DNA of 64,000 nt from Salinispira sp. (lineage in GTDB: Bacteria > Spirochaetota > Spirochaetia > DSM-27196 > Salinispiraceae), in the NCBI GenBank assembly GCA_965602015.1, contig OZ271918.1, forward strand, positions 3,648,001 to 3,712,000, read 5' to 3'. The position numbers were made by a program, and so were the translations under genes. The notes below the pieces were generated by a model. It was not told the DNA's origin. It saw only the letters and a list, made by a program, of their open reading frames with translations, and ran no database searches. Below are positions 7,142 to 16,393 of the stretch, one piece after another (the first letter of the stretch is position 1; every line of letters starts with the position of its first letter).

Positions 7142-7981
7142 ATGGGAAAAACCGTCATTTACTTCGCTGAAATCGTGACTAAAACCGGAATTTACTGTGT
7201 CAAAACCCAGTTAAAGTCCTTGGTAAAGGAGTTCGGTGCCGACATGATCATCGCCAACGGCGACGGGGCAACCGGCGGATTCGGCATCGGCAAAACCCAT
7301 TCAATCTACCTCCGAAAACTGGGGGTGGATGTCATTACCTCCGGAGATCAGGTGTTCTACAAGAAAGATATCCAGGAACATCTGCCCAAGGCTTATCACT
7401 TACTCAGGCCCGCCAACTTTCCCCAGGGCAATCCGGGTCGAGGCTGGCGGACCTACACCTTCGGCGGAAAGAGTGATGATAAACCGGCCCGCAGCGACCA
7501 GGCGGTGGTGATCAGCCTGCTCGGACAGTCGGGGCTGAACCGAATTCATCCGACGAATCCATACAGTTTTCTTCCCAGCATTGTTGAGAGAGCCAAAAAA
7601 GACGCCGACATTATTATCCTCGATTTTCATGCGCCGATTACCGCCGAAAAAGCCGCGATGAACCTCTATGCCGACGGTATGGTATCAGCTGTAATCGGAT
7701 CCGGAATGCGAACCCAGACCTCCGACGCTCAAATTCTACCCAAAGGCACGGCAATTATTTCAGACGCGGGAAGAACCGGCAGCATCCAGTCCGTGGGCGG
7801 TTTCGAGCCCGAGATCGAGATACAGCAGAAAATCCTCGGGGTTCCGAATCGAAGCAACGAACACTGGGAGGGGCTGGAAATCCAGGGAGTTGTAATTCGC
7901 TTTGAGGATGACGGCAAGGCCAGCGAAATTATTCCCTTCCGCCGACCGGTGGAGACCCCCGAGCAGGGTCGGGGCGAGTAA
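7142..7981 (+). CDS. YmdB-family metallophosphoesterase-like protein with degenerate metal ligands
   Basis: LRPANFP, PGRGW, DFHA, TAEK and DAGRTG match the YmdB layout, but several ligand motifs are altered. Confidence 0.85.
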   Translation: MGKTVIYFAEIVTKTGIYCVKTQLKSLVKEFGADMIIANGDGATGGFGIGKTHSIYLRKLGVDVITSGDQVFYKKDIQEHLPKAYHLLRPANFPQGNPGRGWRTYTFGGKSDDKPARSDQAVVISLLGQSGLNRIHPTNPYSFLPSIVERAKKDADIIILDFHAPITAEKAAMNLYADGMVSAVIGSGMRTQTSDAQILPKGTAIISDAGRTGSIQSVGGFEPEIEIQQKILGVPNRSNEHWEGLEIQGVVIRFEDDGKASEIIPFRRPVETPEQGRGE

Positions 7982-7988
7982 CAAGCCC

Positions 7989-8714
7989 TCAGTGCACCCT
8001 GGTCAGTCGCAGGCGTGAATAGCCGTAGGTTTCCTGAAATAACCGGGAAATACCTTCCATTTCCCTGCCCAAGTCGACGGATTTGCCGTTTATGACAGTT
8101 TGCAGGGCTTCAAGACCTAAAAGGGATTCCACCGAGCACACTCCCCGGTCCCGAATTCCGCAGGGCACTATGGCATCGAACTCGCTCAGATCGGTGTGTA
8201 TATTCAGGGCGAAACCGTGCATTGTCGTTTTCTCATGGATGGAGATGCCCAGGGCGGCAATTTTTTTTTCTCCCACCCAGACTCCCGGGTGCTTGGGATC
8301 TCTGGCAGAATCGATGGAAAATCTGGAAGATAAGTAGTCTATAACTACCTGCTCGAGAAGATGGACGAATTTCCTGATTGATCTCGCCCGGTCTCCCAGG
8401 TTGCTTATTATATAGAGAACAATCTGCCCCGGACCGTGATAGGTAATCTGACCGCCCCGGTCTATTTCCGCTACTTCCGCGCCCCTCTCCATAAGCAGGT
8501 CCCGGGAAATGAGAAAATCTCCCTCTTCGCCACGCTTGCCCAGGGTATACACCGGGGTATGCTCCAGGAGAATCAACTGATCCGGAATTTCTGAGGCTGC
8601 GACTTCCCGATGAAGTTCCCTTTGAAGAGCATACCCGTCCGCATAGGCGACGGGGTTTTCGAAGAGCGAAGCCTCTATGATTCTCTCTTCGGTAAAAAAA
8701 GCGGAACTGTGCAT
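7989..8714 (-). CDS. lipB: Lipoyl(octanoyl) transferase
   Basis: EHTPVYTLG, RGGQITYHGPGQ, KIAALG, HGFALN and IVPCG motifs. Confidence 0.95.
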   Translation of the reverse strand: MHSSAFFTEERIIEASLFENPVAYADGYALQRELHREVAASEIPDQLILLEHTPVYTLGKRGEEGDFLISRDLLMERGAEVAEIDRGGQITYHGPGQIVLYIISNLGDRARSIRKFVHLLEQVVIDYLSSRFSIDSARDPKHPGVWVGEKKIAALGISIHEKTTMHGFALNIHTDLSEFDAIVPCGIRDRGVCSVESLLGLEALQTVINGKSVDLGREMEGISRLFQETYGYSRLRLTRVH

Positions 8715-9884
8715 CTACCTGAGTTTCCGGGCGATTTCGGATATTTCTGTGGCCATGCGTTCCAGATTCACCTGGTGGCTGATGTGTCCGTATTCCCAGG
8801 CAACCCGGGGCATTCCGTAGACCACGGAGCTGTCGGAGTCCTGACCGAGTGTTACACCCCCGGCTATGAAAATGTCGCCGATGTGGTGGGCTCCATCCTT
8901 GCCCATACCTGTCATGATGACCCCCATGGCCCGATTGCCGAAATTCTCCGCGACGGATTTGAAAAGCACGTCTGCCGAAGGGCGGTGACCGTTCATTGGA
9001 GGATCCTGGTTGAGCCGGAGAATGGTTGCGAGTTTGCGCTTTTCAACGGTGATGTGATGGTCTCCCGGTGCGATGAGTACTCTGCCGGGCTTTATGAGGT
9101 CCCCGTCGGCGGCTTCCTTCACTTCGAGGGGGCAGATCCGGTCCAGGCTTCGGGCGAACTCCATGGTGAATCCCGCCGGCATGTGTTGAACCACAAGGAC
9201 GGGAACCGGAAGCTCGGGATCGATTTCCGCCAGCATCTGACGGAGGGCATTGGGCCCCCCGGTTGAGATGCCGATGGCGATAATCTCCAGGGTGCCCGGA
9301 GCTGATTTTGGCACGGGTTTTTCCGCCGGCGCTCCCGGCGCTTTTGTGCCCGCGGCCGGGGGGGGGTGCAGGGCGGCGCTTTCAATGCTTCTGCTGGTCC
9401 GGCGGTCTTCGCGGATTTCTTCCTGTTCCTGCTGTTCTTTCGGAATAGCCGCAGGAAGGCCTTTCCGGTGCCGGTATTTATTCCCGTACAGGCGAATGAG
9501 GCTTATGAGCTGTTCGGCTATGGTTTTTACTTCGTCGGGAGCCGAGCCCTGGGGCTTCATAATAAAGTCCACGGCGCCGTGGGCAAGGGCGTCCATAGTG
9601 ATTTTTGCCCCTTTTTTTGCCACAGCGGACAGCACGATTACCGGCATTTCAAGGAGCTGGTGCTGATATTCCTGAAGGAACTCCACCCCGTTCATCTCGG
9701 GCATTTCGAGATCCAGAACAATGACGTCGGGATTCAGATTGGGAATTTTTGATAAAGCGAATTTGCCGTTCATGGCCTTGCCGGCCAGGGTGAGGTCTTC
9801 GGCGCTTTCCACAATGCGGCCGACGAGATTTCTCATAAGCGCCGAATCATCGACAACCAGTACTGATATCTGCTGAGAACTCAT
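8715..9884 (-). CDS. cheB: Chemotaxis response regulator protein-glutamate methylesterase
   Basis: N-terminal REC domain (VVDDS, LDLEMP). GISTGG, QHMP and TGMGKDG catalytic motifs. Confidence 0.96.
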   Translation of the reverse strand: MSSQQISVLVVDDSALMRNLVGRIVESAEDLTLAGKAMNGKFALSKIPNLNPDVIVLDLEMPEMNGVEFLQEYQHQLLEMPVIVLSAVAKKGAKITMDALAHGAVDFIMKPQGSAPDEVKTIAEQLISLIRLYGNKYRHRKGLPAAIPKEQQEQEEIREDRRTSRSIESAALHPPPAAGTKAPGAPAEKPVPKSAPGTLEIIAIGISTGGPNALRQMLAEIDPELPVPVLVVQHMPAGFTMEFARSLDRICPLEVKEAADGDLIKPGRVLIAPGDHHITVEKRKLATILRLNQDPPMNGHRPSADVLFKSVAENFGNRAMGVIMTGMGKDGAHHIGDIFIAGGVTLGQDSDSSVVYGMPRVAWEYGHISHQVNLERMATEISEIARKLR

Positions 9885-9897
9885 GACGACCCTCTGT

Positions 9898-10713
9898 TTA
9901 GGTGTTCTTTGAATAAATGCATGCCCAGTCTGTTTTCAAGAACTTGAACTGGGTATCCATGCCGAACAATGATTCGGAATGACCGATGAACAGGAATGAC
10001 TGTGGCGCGAGGCTTTCCCAGAACCGGTCGACGACGGTTTTCTGTGCCGCGGCATCGAAATAAATAAGGACGTTTCGGCAGAACACCACGTCCAGATTAC
10101 GCTGTCCGCTGTCGTTCTGAAGATTGTGATAATCGAATTTTATCAGCTGTTTTATGTCGTCCTTTATGGCGTAGCCGCCCTCCCGGGCGTTGAAGTACTT
10201 CGCCAGATATTTCTCGGGAATGCCGTTGACTCTGTGCTCGGCGTAAAAACCCTCTTTCCCGATCATCAAAGACTTTAGGCTGATATCCGACGCGGTGACG
10301 GCGATACTAAAATCCGGTGGCAGCGTCTCTTTTAACACCATTGCGAGAGTGTAGGGTTCTTCGCCGGTCGAACAGCCTGCGGACCAAACCCGCACTTCCT
10401 TTTGACCCTTTTCCCGTTTCATTTTTATAAGCTCGGGGATGACATAGTACTCGAAGGTTTCGATGTGAGCCTGGTTCCTGAAAAACCTGGTGAGGTTCGT
10501 GGTGACCGAATCCAGGAGTCCCTTGAGTTCGCCTTCGTCGCGAATGATGACTTGATAGTAGCCGTCTACATCATCGGCGCTGGAATTGCGGACCCGTTCC
10601 CGGAGCCGGCTTTCGAGGATGGAGCGATTAGAGCTGGAAAAGGTGATTCCGCTTTCGTCGTAGATGAGTTTCTTATATTTTTCGAACTGAACATCAGTTA
10701 AAAATCCAGACAT
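9898..10713 (-). CDS. cheR: Chemotaxis protein methyltransferase
   Basis: TTNLTRFFR, WSAGCSTGEEPY, FCRNVLIYFD and GHSESL motifs. Confidence 0.96.
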   Translation of the reverse strand: MSGFLTDVQFEKYKKLIYDESGITFSSSNRSILESRLRERVRNSSADDVDGYYQVIIRDEGELKGLLDSVTTNLTRFFRNQAHIETFEYYVIPELIKMKREKGQKEVRVWSAGCSTGEEPYTLAMVLKETLPPDFSIAVTASDISLKSLMIGKEGFYAEHRVNGIPEKYLAKYFNAREGGYAIKDDIKQLIKFDYHNLQNDSGQRNLDVVFCRNVLIYFDAAAQKTVVDRFWESLAPQSFLFIGHSESLFGMDTQFKFLKTDWACIYSKNT

Positions 10714-10750
10714 GAGGCCTGCTTTCCCGCGTATTTTTTAGGGTAATTAA

Positions 10751-10779
10751 AGTCTATGACCTGGGGTATGCGGTGTCAA
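10751..10779 (-). promoter_or_regulatory. Sigma70-type promoter of cheR-cheB-lipB
   Basis: TTGACA-N17-TAGACT on the minus strand. Confidence 0.65.
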
Positions 10780-10821
10780 GTTAATTGCACAATCACCGGG
10801 CTTGCGGATGAGTGCCGTTGA

Positions 10822-10850
10822 TTGACAAGGGGAGCCGGGCCGGGAATAAT
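10822..10850 (+). promoter_or_regulatory. Sigma70-type promoter of pyrG operon
   Basis: TTGACA-N17-AATAAT, ending 8 nt before the ATG. Confidence 0.6.
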
Positions 10851-10858
10851 GAAATTCC

Positions 10859-12460
10859 ATGAGGAAATACATATTTGTCACTGGGGGCGTGTGCTCAAGC
10901 CTTGGGAAAGGTATAGCCGCCTCGAGTTTAGGAACCCTCCTGGAATCCCGGGGACTTGTCGTTCGGATGGTAAAAATAGATCCATACATCAATGTGGATG
11001 CCGGTACCATGAGCCCCTATCAGCATGGCGAGGTATACGTTACCGACGACGGTGCGGAGACCGACCTCGATCTGGGTAATTACGCCCGGTTTACAAAATC
11101 AACCCTTTCAAAATTGAACTCCATCACTACCGGGCAAATTTATCAGGAAGTGATACAGCGCGAACGCGAAGGCCGCTACCTCGGCCGAACCGTTCAGGTA
11201 ATTCCTCATATCACCGACCGCATCAAACAGCGCATCGTCGCATTCGGCGAGGAGAGCGGCGTCGACGTGACAATCGTGGAAATAGGCGGAACCGTCGGCG
11301 ACATCGAATCCATCCCCTTTCTCGAAGCCGCGCGGCAAATGATTCACGAACACGGCAGGGAAAACGTTATTTCCGTCCATGTGACCCTTATTCCCGAAGT
11401 CGCCGGCGGCGAGCAAAAAACCAAACCCACCCAGCATGCGGTGAACAAAATGCGGGAAATCGGGGTGCAGCCCGACGTGCTGCTCTGCCGCTCGCCCAAC
11501 GAGGTGGATGAGGATATGCGCCGCAAGATCGCCCTGTTCACCAACGTCCCGGTCAAAGCGGTCATTTCTGCACACGACGTTGTTTCGAGCATCTATGAAA
11601 TCCCCTTGATGTATCAGGCTCAAGGACTGGACGCCAGGGTTCTCGAGCGGCTGGAAATTGATGCCGCCGAGTCAGATATGAGCCGCTGGCAGGCCATCGT
11701 CGATGTCATTCTCGGCAGCAAAAAAACCGTAAAAATCGGAATGGTCGGCAAGTACATCGAACTCGGCGACGCCTATAAATCCGTTGACGAAGCCTTGTTT
11801 CACGGAGGCATCGCCAACGCGGTGAATGTGGATATTGTAAAAATCGACAGCGAAAAACTCGAAAAAATGGAGCATCCCGAAGATGCCTTACAAGAACTCG
11901 ACGGCATTCTCGTACCCGGCGGATTCGGGAGCCGGGGGGTAAACGGCATGGTTTTGGCCGCCCGCTACGCCCGGGAGAACAAGCTTCCGTATTTCGGAAT
12001 TTGCCTGGGTATGCAGGTTCTGGTGATAGAGTACGCCCGGAGCGTATTGGGTTTTGAGGACGCGAACAGTACGGAATTCGCCCCGGAAAGCGATCATCCG
12101 GTAATCAGCCTCTTGGAAGAACAGGTCGACGTAAAAAACTACGGCGGAACCATGAGGCTCGGCTTGAGCGAATCGCGGCTGGTCGAGGGTAGCCGGATCA
12201 GGGAAATATACAAAAACGAGAGCATCAAAGAGCGCCATCGTCACCGATATGAGGTTAATAACCGTTACCGTCCGGAGCTGCAGGAGGCCGGTTTGCGCTT
12301 CGGCGGAACCACTCCCGACGGTGAGCTGGTGGAGTCCAGCGAGTGGAACGACCACCCCTGGGGACTTGGAGTTCAGTATCATCCTGAGTTCCTTTCCAAC
12401 CCGCTGGACGCCCATCCCCTTTTTGCCAGCTTCATCGCTGCCGCGGCTCGACGGACCTAG
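10859..12460 (+). CDS. pyrG: CTP synthase
   Basis: GGVCSSLGKG, KTKPTQH, GICLGMQ, ERHRHRYE and QYHPEF motifs. Confidence 0.98.
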   Translation: MRKYIFVTGGVCSSLGKGIAASSLGTLLESRGLVVRMVKIDPYINVDAGTMSPYQHGEVYVTDDGAETDLDLGNYARFTKSTLSKLNSITTGQIYQEVIQREREGRYLGRTVQVIPHITDRIKQRIVAFGEESGVDVTIVEIGGTVGDIESIPFLEAARQMIHEHGRENVISVHVTLIPEVAGGEQKTKPTQHAVNKMREIGVQPDVLLCRSPNEVDEDMRRKIALFTNVPVKAVISAHDVVSSIYEIPLMYQAQGLDARVLERLEIDAAESDMSRWQAIVDVILGSKKTVKIGMVGKYIELGDAYKSVDEALFHGGIANAVNVDIVKIDSEKLEKMEHPEDALQELDGILVPGGFGSRGVNGMVLAARYARENKLPYFGICLGMQVLVIEYARSVLGFEDANSTEFAPESDHPVISLLEEQVDVKNYGGTMRLGLSESRLVEGSRIREIYKNESIKERHRHRYEVNNRYRPELQEAGLRFGGTTPDGELVESSEWNDHPWGLGVQYHPEFLSNPLDAHPLFASFIAAAARRT

Positions 12461-12466
12461 CGCCCG

Positions 12467-13030
12467 GTGCGTCCTCTCACCGTCCTCCTGTGGACCATGC
12501 TGCTCTGCATCGTCTTTGTTTCCTGCAGCTTCGAGTACGACGACATGGTGCTCAGTGAAGAGGAGAAACAGCTGATCCCCGATGTGCTACTGCGCAACCT
12601 TTCCGAGCGGGTGTATCAGGATGGCGACCGGATTCTTGAGCTCAGGTCCCGGGAACTTATGACTTTCGAAGGCCGCAACCTCCAGGAGATTCGCGGTTTG
12701 GATTTCAGTCAGTATGACGACGAAGGGGAGCTGTATGTCAGCGGCCGTGCGGAGTTCGCATCCCGGGACATTGTCAGCGACGACATTCTCCTTCAAGGGG
12801 ACATCCAAATCCGGCTGGAAGAATCCGGCGCCCTTATCGGAGGCGAGGAGTTTCTCTTCAGTCCCGATCAGGATCTCATCTGGGCGCCGGCGGACATTGT
12901 CGTCGATGTTATTCAGGAGGATGGCAGCGTCATAAGCGGCCGGGGCTTCGTCATCGACCTCGTGGTTCAGGAACTGCGCTTTGACAGGGGAGCCACCGGT
13001 AGATTTATGGAGAGCGAAAGTGACGAGTAA
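12467..13030 (+). CDS. lptC: LptC-like LPS export protein
   Basis: N-terminal anchor/lipobox, beta-jellyroll-like sequence, position before lptA/lptB. Confidence 0.7.
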   Translation: MRPLTVLLWTMLLCIVFVSCSFEYDDMVLSEEEKQLIPDVLLRNLSERVYQDGDRILELRSRELMTFEGRNLQEIRGLDFSQYDDEGELYVSGRAEFASRDIVSDDILLQGDIQIRLEESGALIGGEEFLFSPDQDLIWAPADIVVDVIQEDGSVISGRGFVIDLVVQELRFDRGATGRFMESESDE

Positions 13031-13826
13031 ATATAGAGAAACCTGGCCGCTGCGGCGCGTATTTCCCCGAATTGCAGCGCTGGTGTTCCTGCTGATCCAG
13101 ACAGGCTTAATGGCCGAAACCCTCGATTTCTCCGCCGGAAGGGTGCGGAGCGTATTTGCCGAGGGCCGGGAGCAGACCGTTCTCGAGGATGGGGCACGGG
13201 TTGAAAGTGAAAGCCTGTTCATCACCGGAGAAACCATCCGGTTCAGCGGTGAAGATAACCGATACATCGACAGCCGGGGAGATGTGTACCTTCTCGACAA
13301 GGACAATGGCGTCGAACTTCGGGCCGAGTTCATGAGCTATGATTCGGAGACCGAAAACCTGGTTCTTGAGGGCGATGCGGAATTCCTCGACCAGGAGGGC
13401 GATATCCGCGTGAGCGCCGCCTTCATTGAGCGTCAACAGGATCTTGTTGTTTTCCAAATAGACGTGCAAATTCTCCGGGAAGATATGGTTGCCCGGGCGG
13501 AATACGTCCGGTATTTTGAAGACAGCGACAAGCTCGAGCTCAGCGGGTTTCCCGTGGTGTTTTACCGGGGCGATGAGTACTCGGCTGATCTTATCTCGAT
13601 TTTCACCGAGACCGATGAGATTATTCTCCAGGGGCAGGTCGAGGGACAGATCTCTGAAGATGAGGACGCTGGAGCCGACGGGTCCGGCGAGGAAAATACT
13701 GCGGCGCCTGTGCAAAGCGAATCGGTAACTGATAGCCCAACACCGGTGAACGGACCGGCGGACGGAGAAACAGAACCCGGTCAACCGGCTGAAACCGGGC
13801 CGGGAAATACGGAGGACGGGCAGTGA
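13020..13826 (+). CDS. lptA: LptA/OstA-like periplasmic protein
   Basis: Signal peptide, repeated beta-jellyroll strands, acidic tail, synteny. GTG start at 13020 preferred (ORF track 12981). Confidence 0.7.
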   Translation: MTSKYRETWPLRRVFPRIAALVFLLIQTGLMAETLDFSAGRVRSVFAEGREQTVLEDGARVESESLFITGETIRFSGEDNRYIDSRGDVYLLDKDNGVELRAEFMSYDSETENLVLEGDAEFLDQEGDIRVSAAFIERQQDLVVFQIDVQILREDMVARAEYVRYFEDSDKLELSGFPVVFYRGDEYSADLISIFTETDEIILQGQVEGQISEDEDAGADGSGEENTAAPVQSESVTDSPTPVNGPADGETEPGQPAETGPGNTEDGQ

Positions 13827-14548
13827 GCACCCTGCAGGTGTCGAATCTCCAAAAACGATACGGGAAGAAACAGGTTCTCCGCGGCATCGATTTTTCGATG
13901 CACGAGGGAGAAGTGGTCGGGCTCCTGGGCCCCAACGGCGCGGGCAAGACCACCTGTTTTTACAGCATTGTCGGCTTTATCCAGCCCAGCGCCGGGGAAA
14001 TCCTGCTTAACGACCACGACATCACTTCCCTTCCTATGTATCGACGAGCCCGCCTGGGAATCAGCTATTTGGCCCAGGAGGCGTCGGTGTTCCGCAAGCT
14101 CAGCGTTGAAAACAATATTTGGGCTATTTTGGAGAACCGCCGGGATTTGAGCAAAGATGAGCGGCGGCGCAAGCTGGAGGGCCTGTTGGCGGATCTCGGC
14201 CTTGAGGATAAGCGCAGGCAGCCCGCCTATACCCTCAGCGGCGGAGAGCGGCGGCGGACGGAAATCGCCCGGAGCCTGGCAATCGATCCGCATTTTCTTC
14301 TGCTTGATGAGCCCTTTGCCGGCATCGACCCCATTGCAGTACATGAGATAAAAAGCATCATTGCCGATCTCAGCAAAAAAAATATTGGAATCCTTATAAC
14401 CGATCACAATGTGAGGGACACCCTCGAGATTACCCACCGGTCCTTCATACTCAAAGACGGTGAGATTGTCGCCCAGGGCAGCAGGGAGGAGATTATCGAA
14501 AACCAGCTTGCCCGGCAGGTGTATCTCGGCGAGTCTTTTCGGGCCTAA
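13823..14548 (+). CDS. lptB: LPS export ABC transporter ATP-binding protein
   Basis: GPNGAGKTT, LSGGERRR, LLDEPFAGIDP and ITDHNVRDTL motifs. Confidence 0.96.
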   Translation: MSTLQVSNLQKRYGKKQVLRGIDFSMHEGEVVGLLGPNGAGKTTCFYSIVGFIQPSAGEILLNDHDITSLPMYRRARLGISYLAQEASVFRKLSVENNIWAILENRRDLSKDERRRKLEGLLADLGLEDKRRQPAYTLSGGERRRTEIARSLAIDPHFLLLDEPFAGIDPIAVHEIKSIIADLSKKNIGILITDHNVRDTLEITHRSFILKDGEIVAQGSREEIIENQLARQVYLGESFRA

Positions 14549-14563
14549 GCCGTCGCCCGTTCG

Positions 14564-14592
14564 TTGACAAACGGCTTCGGCTAACCCACAAT
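14564..14592 (+). promoter_or_regulatory. Possible internal sigma70 promoter of rpoN
   Basis: TTGACA-N17-CACAAT in the lptB-rpoN gap. Confidence 0.5.
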
Positions 14593-14617
14593 TAATTACA
14601 CGGAATCCCATTCGGAG

Positions 14618-16015
14618 GTGCGGGTGCAGTATCAGAGACCGGCTCTGGTCCAGACGCAAAAACTCAAACTCAGTCCTCAAATGCTGCAGAGCATTCAGAT
14701 TATGGCTCTGCCCTTGCAGGATCTCAAACTGCGCATCGAAAAAGAGCTGGACGAAAACCCCGCCCTCGAGGTCCTGGAAGACCGGGAAACCGTTTCCCTG
14801 GATTCGGTTCCGGAAAAGGCAACCGATCAGGAAACCGAGTCTTATTTTGAAAACTCCTCCGATCCCGGCTTCATTCGCAGCTCGTCATACGATCAGGAAG
14901 GCAGCGATGCCAAGCAGCAGTTCATGGAAAACGCCCTCTCGCGCCCTGAGAGCCTGAGAGAGCACCTTATTTGGCAGCTGCGTTTGCAGCCCATTCCCGA
15001 AGACTATTTTCAGGTCGGCGAGCTGCTCATCCGCAATCTCGACGAGAACGGGTTTTTTATCGAAGAACCGGAAGTCGTGGTTCCCTCCAGCCATCACGGC
15101 GCCATGAAGGAGCTCATCGCGCGGATTCAGCAATTCGAACCGGTCGGCTGCTGTACCCGGGATTATCTGGAAAGCCTGCAGGTTCAGGCAGCCCAGGTTG
15201 AAGGGGTGCCTGAGGCGATCTTTCCCATAATTGCCGGTCACCTTCCGGCCCTGAACAAGGGTAAATTCCGCGAGGTCGCCAAGGCCTTGGATATTTCTGT
15301 TGAGGAAGTGGAACATTGCCTGGAGATTATCAGGAAGCTGACGCCCTTCCCGGGGCGTGAGTACTCAAGCGCCGAACCCACCTATGTTATTCCCGACGTG
15401 GCGGTGACCCGGGAGAACGGCGAGTTTCGAATCGTCGTGAATGAGGAAGAAATTCCCGTGCTGGGCCTGAACAGTTTTTTCGACCAGATGATGCATGATT
15501 CCCGGGGCAAGCTCGAGGGAGAGGAGGCCGAGACCCGTAAGTTCGTGACCTCCAAGATCCGCGACGCCCGCTGGTTTATCAACAGCATTCAGCAGCGGCA
15601 CGACACCCTGAAGAAAGTAACCCTGGCCATTGTTGAGTATCAGCGCGAGTTTTTTCTCCACGGGCCAAAGAGTATCGTGCCCCTTACATTAAAAAATGTG
15701 GCGGACGATATCGGCGTGCATGAGGCCACCGTCAGCCGCCTCACCCGCGGGAAATACATGCAGACGGATTTTGGAATTTTGGAATTAAAATATTTCTTTA
15801 CCAACGCTGTGGCCGGAACCCGAAAGGGCGGCGGCAGCTACGGCAAGGAAGCGGTCAAGGCAATAATGCAGGAAATATTGGAGGCGGAAAAGGAAAAACA
15901 TCTTTCGGATCAGAAAATTTCAGATCTCCTCGAAAAACGGGGAATCAAAATCGCCCGGCGAACGGTGGCGAAATACCGCAAGGAACTGGATATTTCCTCT
16001 TCCTACAACCGTTAA
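14618..16015 (+). CDS. rpoN: RNA polymerase sigma-54 factor
   Basis: Gln/Leu-rich region I, HEATVSR HTH, RpoN box ARRTVAKYR. Confidence 0.98.
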   Translation: MRVQYQRPALVQTQKLKLSPQMLQSIQIMALPLQDLKLRIEKELDENPALEVLEDRETVSLDSVPEKATDQETESYFENSSDPGFIRSSSYDQEGSDAKQQFMENALSRPESLREHLIWQLRLQPIPEDYFQVGELLIRNLDENGFFIEEPEVVVPSSHHGAMKELIARIQQFEPVGCCTRDYLESLQVQAAQVEGVPEAIFPIIAGHLPALNKGKFREVAKALDISVEEVEHCLEIIRKLTPFPGREYSSAEPTYVIPDVAVTRENGEFRIVVNEEEIPVLGLNSFFDQMMHDSRGKLEGEEAETRKFVTSKIRDARWFINSIQQRHDTLKKVTLAIVEYQREFFLHGPKSIVPLTLKNVADDIGVHEATVSRLTRGKYMQTDFGILELKYFFTNAVAGTRKGGGSYGKEAVKAIMQEILEAEKEKHLSDQKISDLLEKRGIKIARRTVAKYRKELDISSSYNR

Positions 16016-16080
16016 AACGCAACGCCGGTCGAAGCAATTCACGGGGGCTTGGCACCCGGACAAACACATGGAGGATATGT

Positions 16081-16377
16081 ATGCGCGTAGACATCAAAGG
16101 TGTTCATTATCAGATTACCGATGTAACCCGAGAATTTCTCAACAGCAAGCTGGAAAAAATAGAATATGCCGATGATTACATTGTCGATCTGCTTTTTACT
16201 CTCACCAAGGACAACAACGACTGGGTCGCCGAAGTGAATGCGAATTTCCGTTGGGGAGTATCTGCACACCTGAAAGAAGCTACGTTTAATCTGCACGAAT
16301 CCATTGAGAAACTGATCGACCGCCTCGATCAAAAGATCCGGAAGGAAAAGGACAAGAAGCGGGATAACCACCGCTGA
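16081..16377 (+). CDS. hpf: Ribosome hibernation promoting factor (short HPF/RaiA)
   Basis: S30AE-like pattern, position after rpoN, GGAGG RBS. Confidence 0.85.
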   Translation: MRVDIKGVHYQITDVTREFLNSKLEKIEYADDYIVDLLFTLTKDNNDWVAEVNANFRWGVSAHLKEATFNLHESIEKLIDRLDQKIRKEKDKKRDNHR

Positions 16378-16393
16378 TACAGGTGACGGCCGG

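Noticed and set aside
16049..16066. Sigma54 promoter before hpf (TTGGCAC)
   Set aside because: The -12 GC element is absent at the required spacing.
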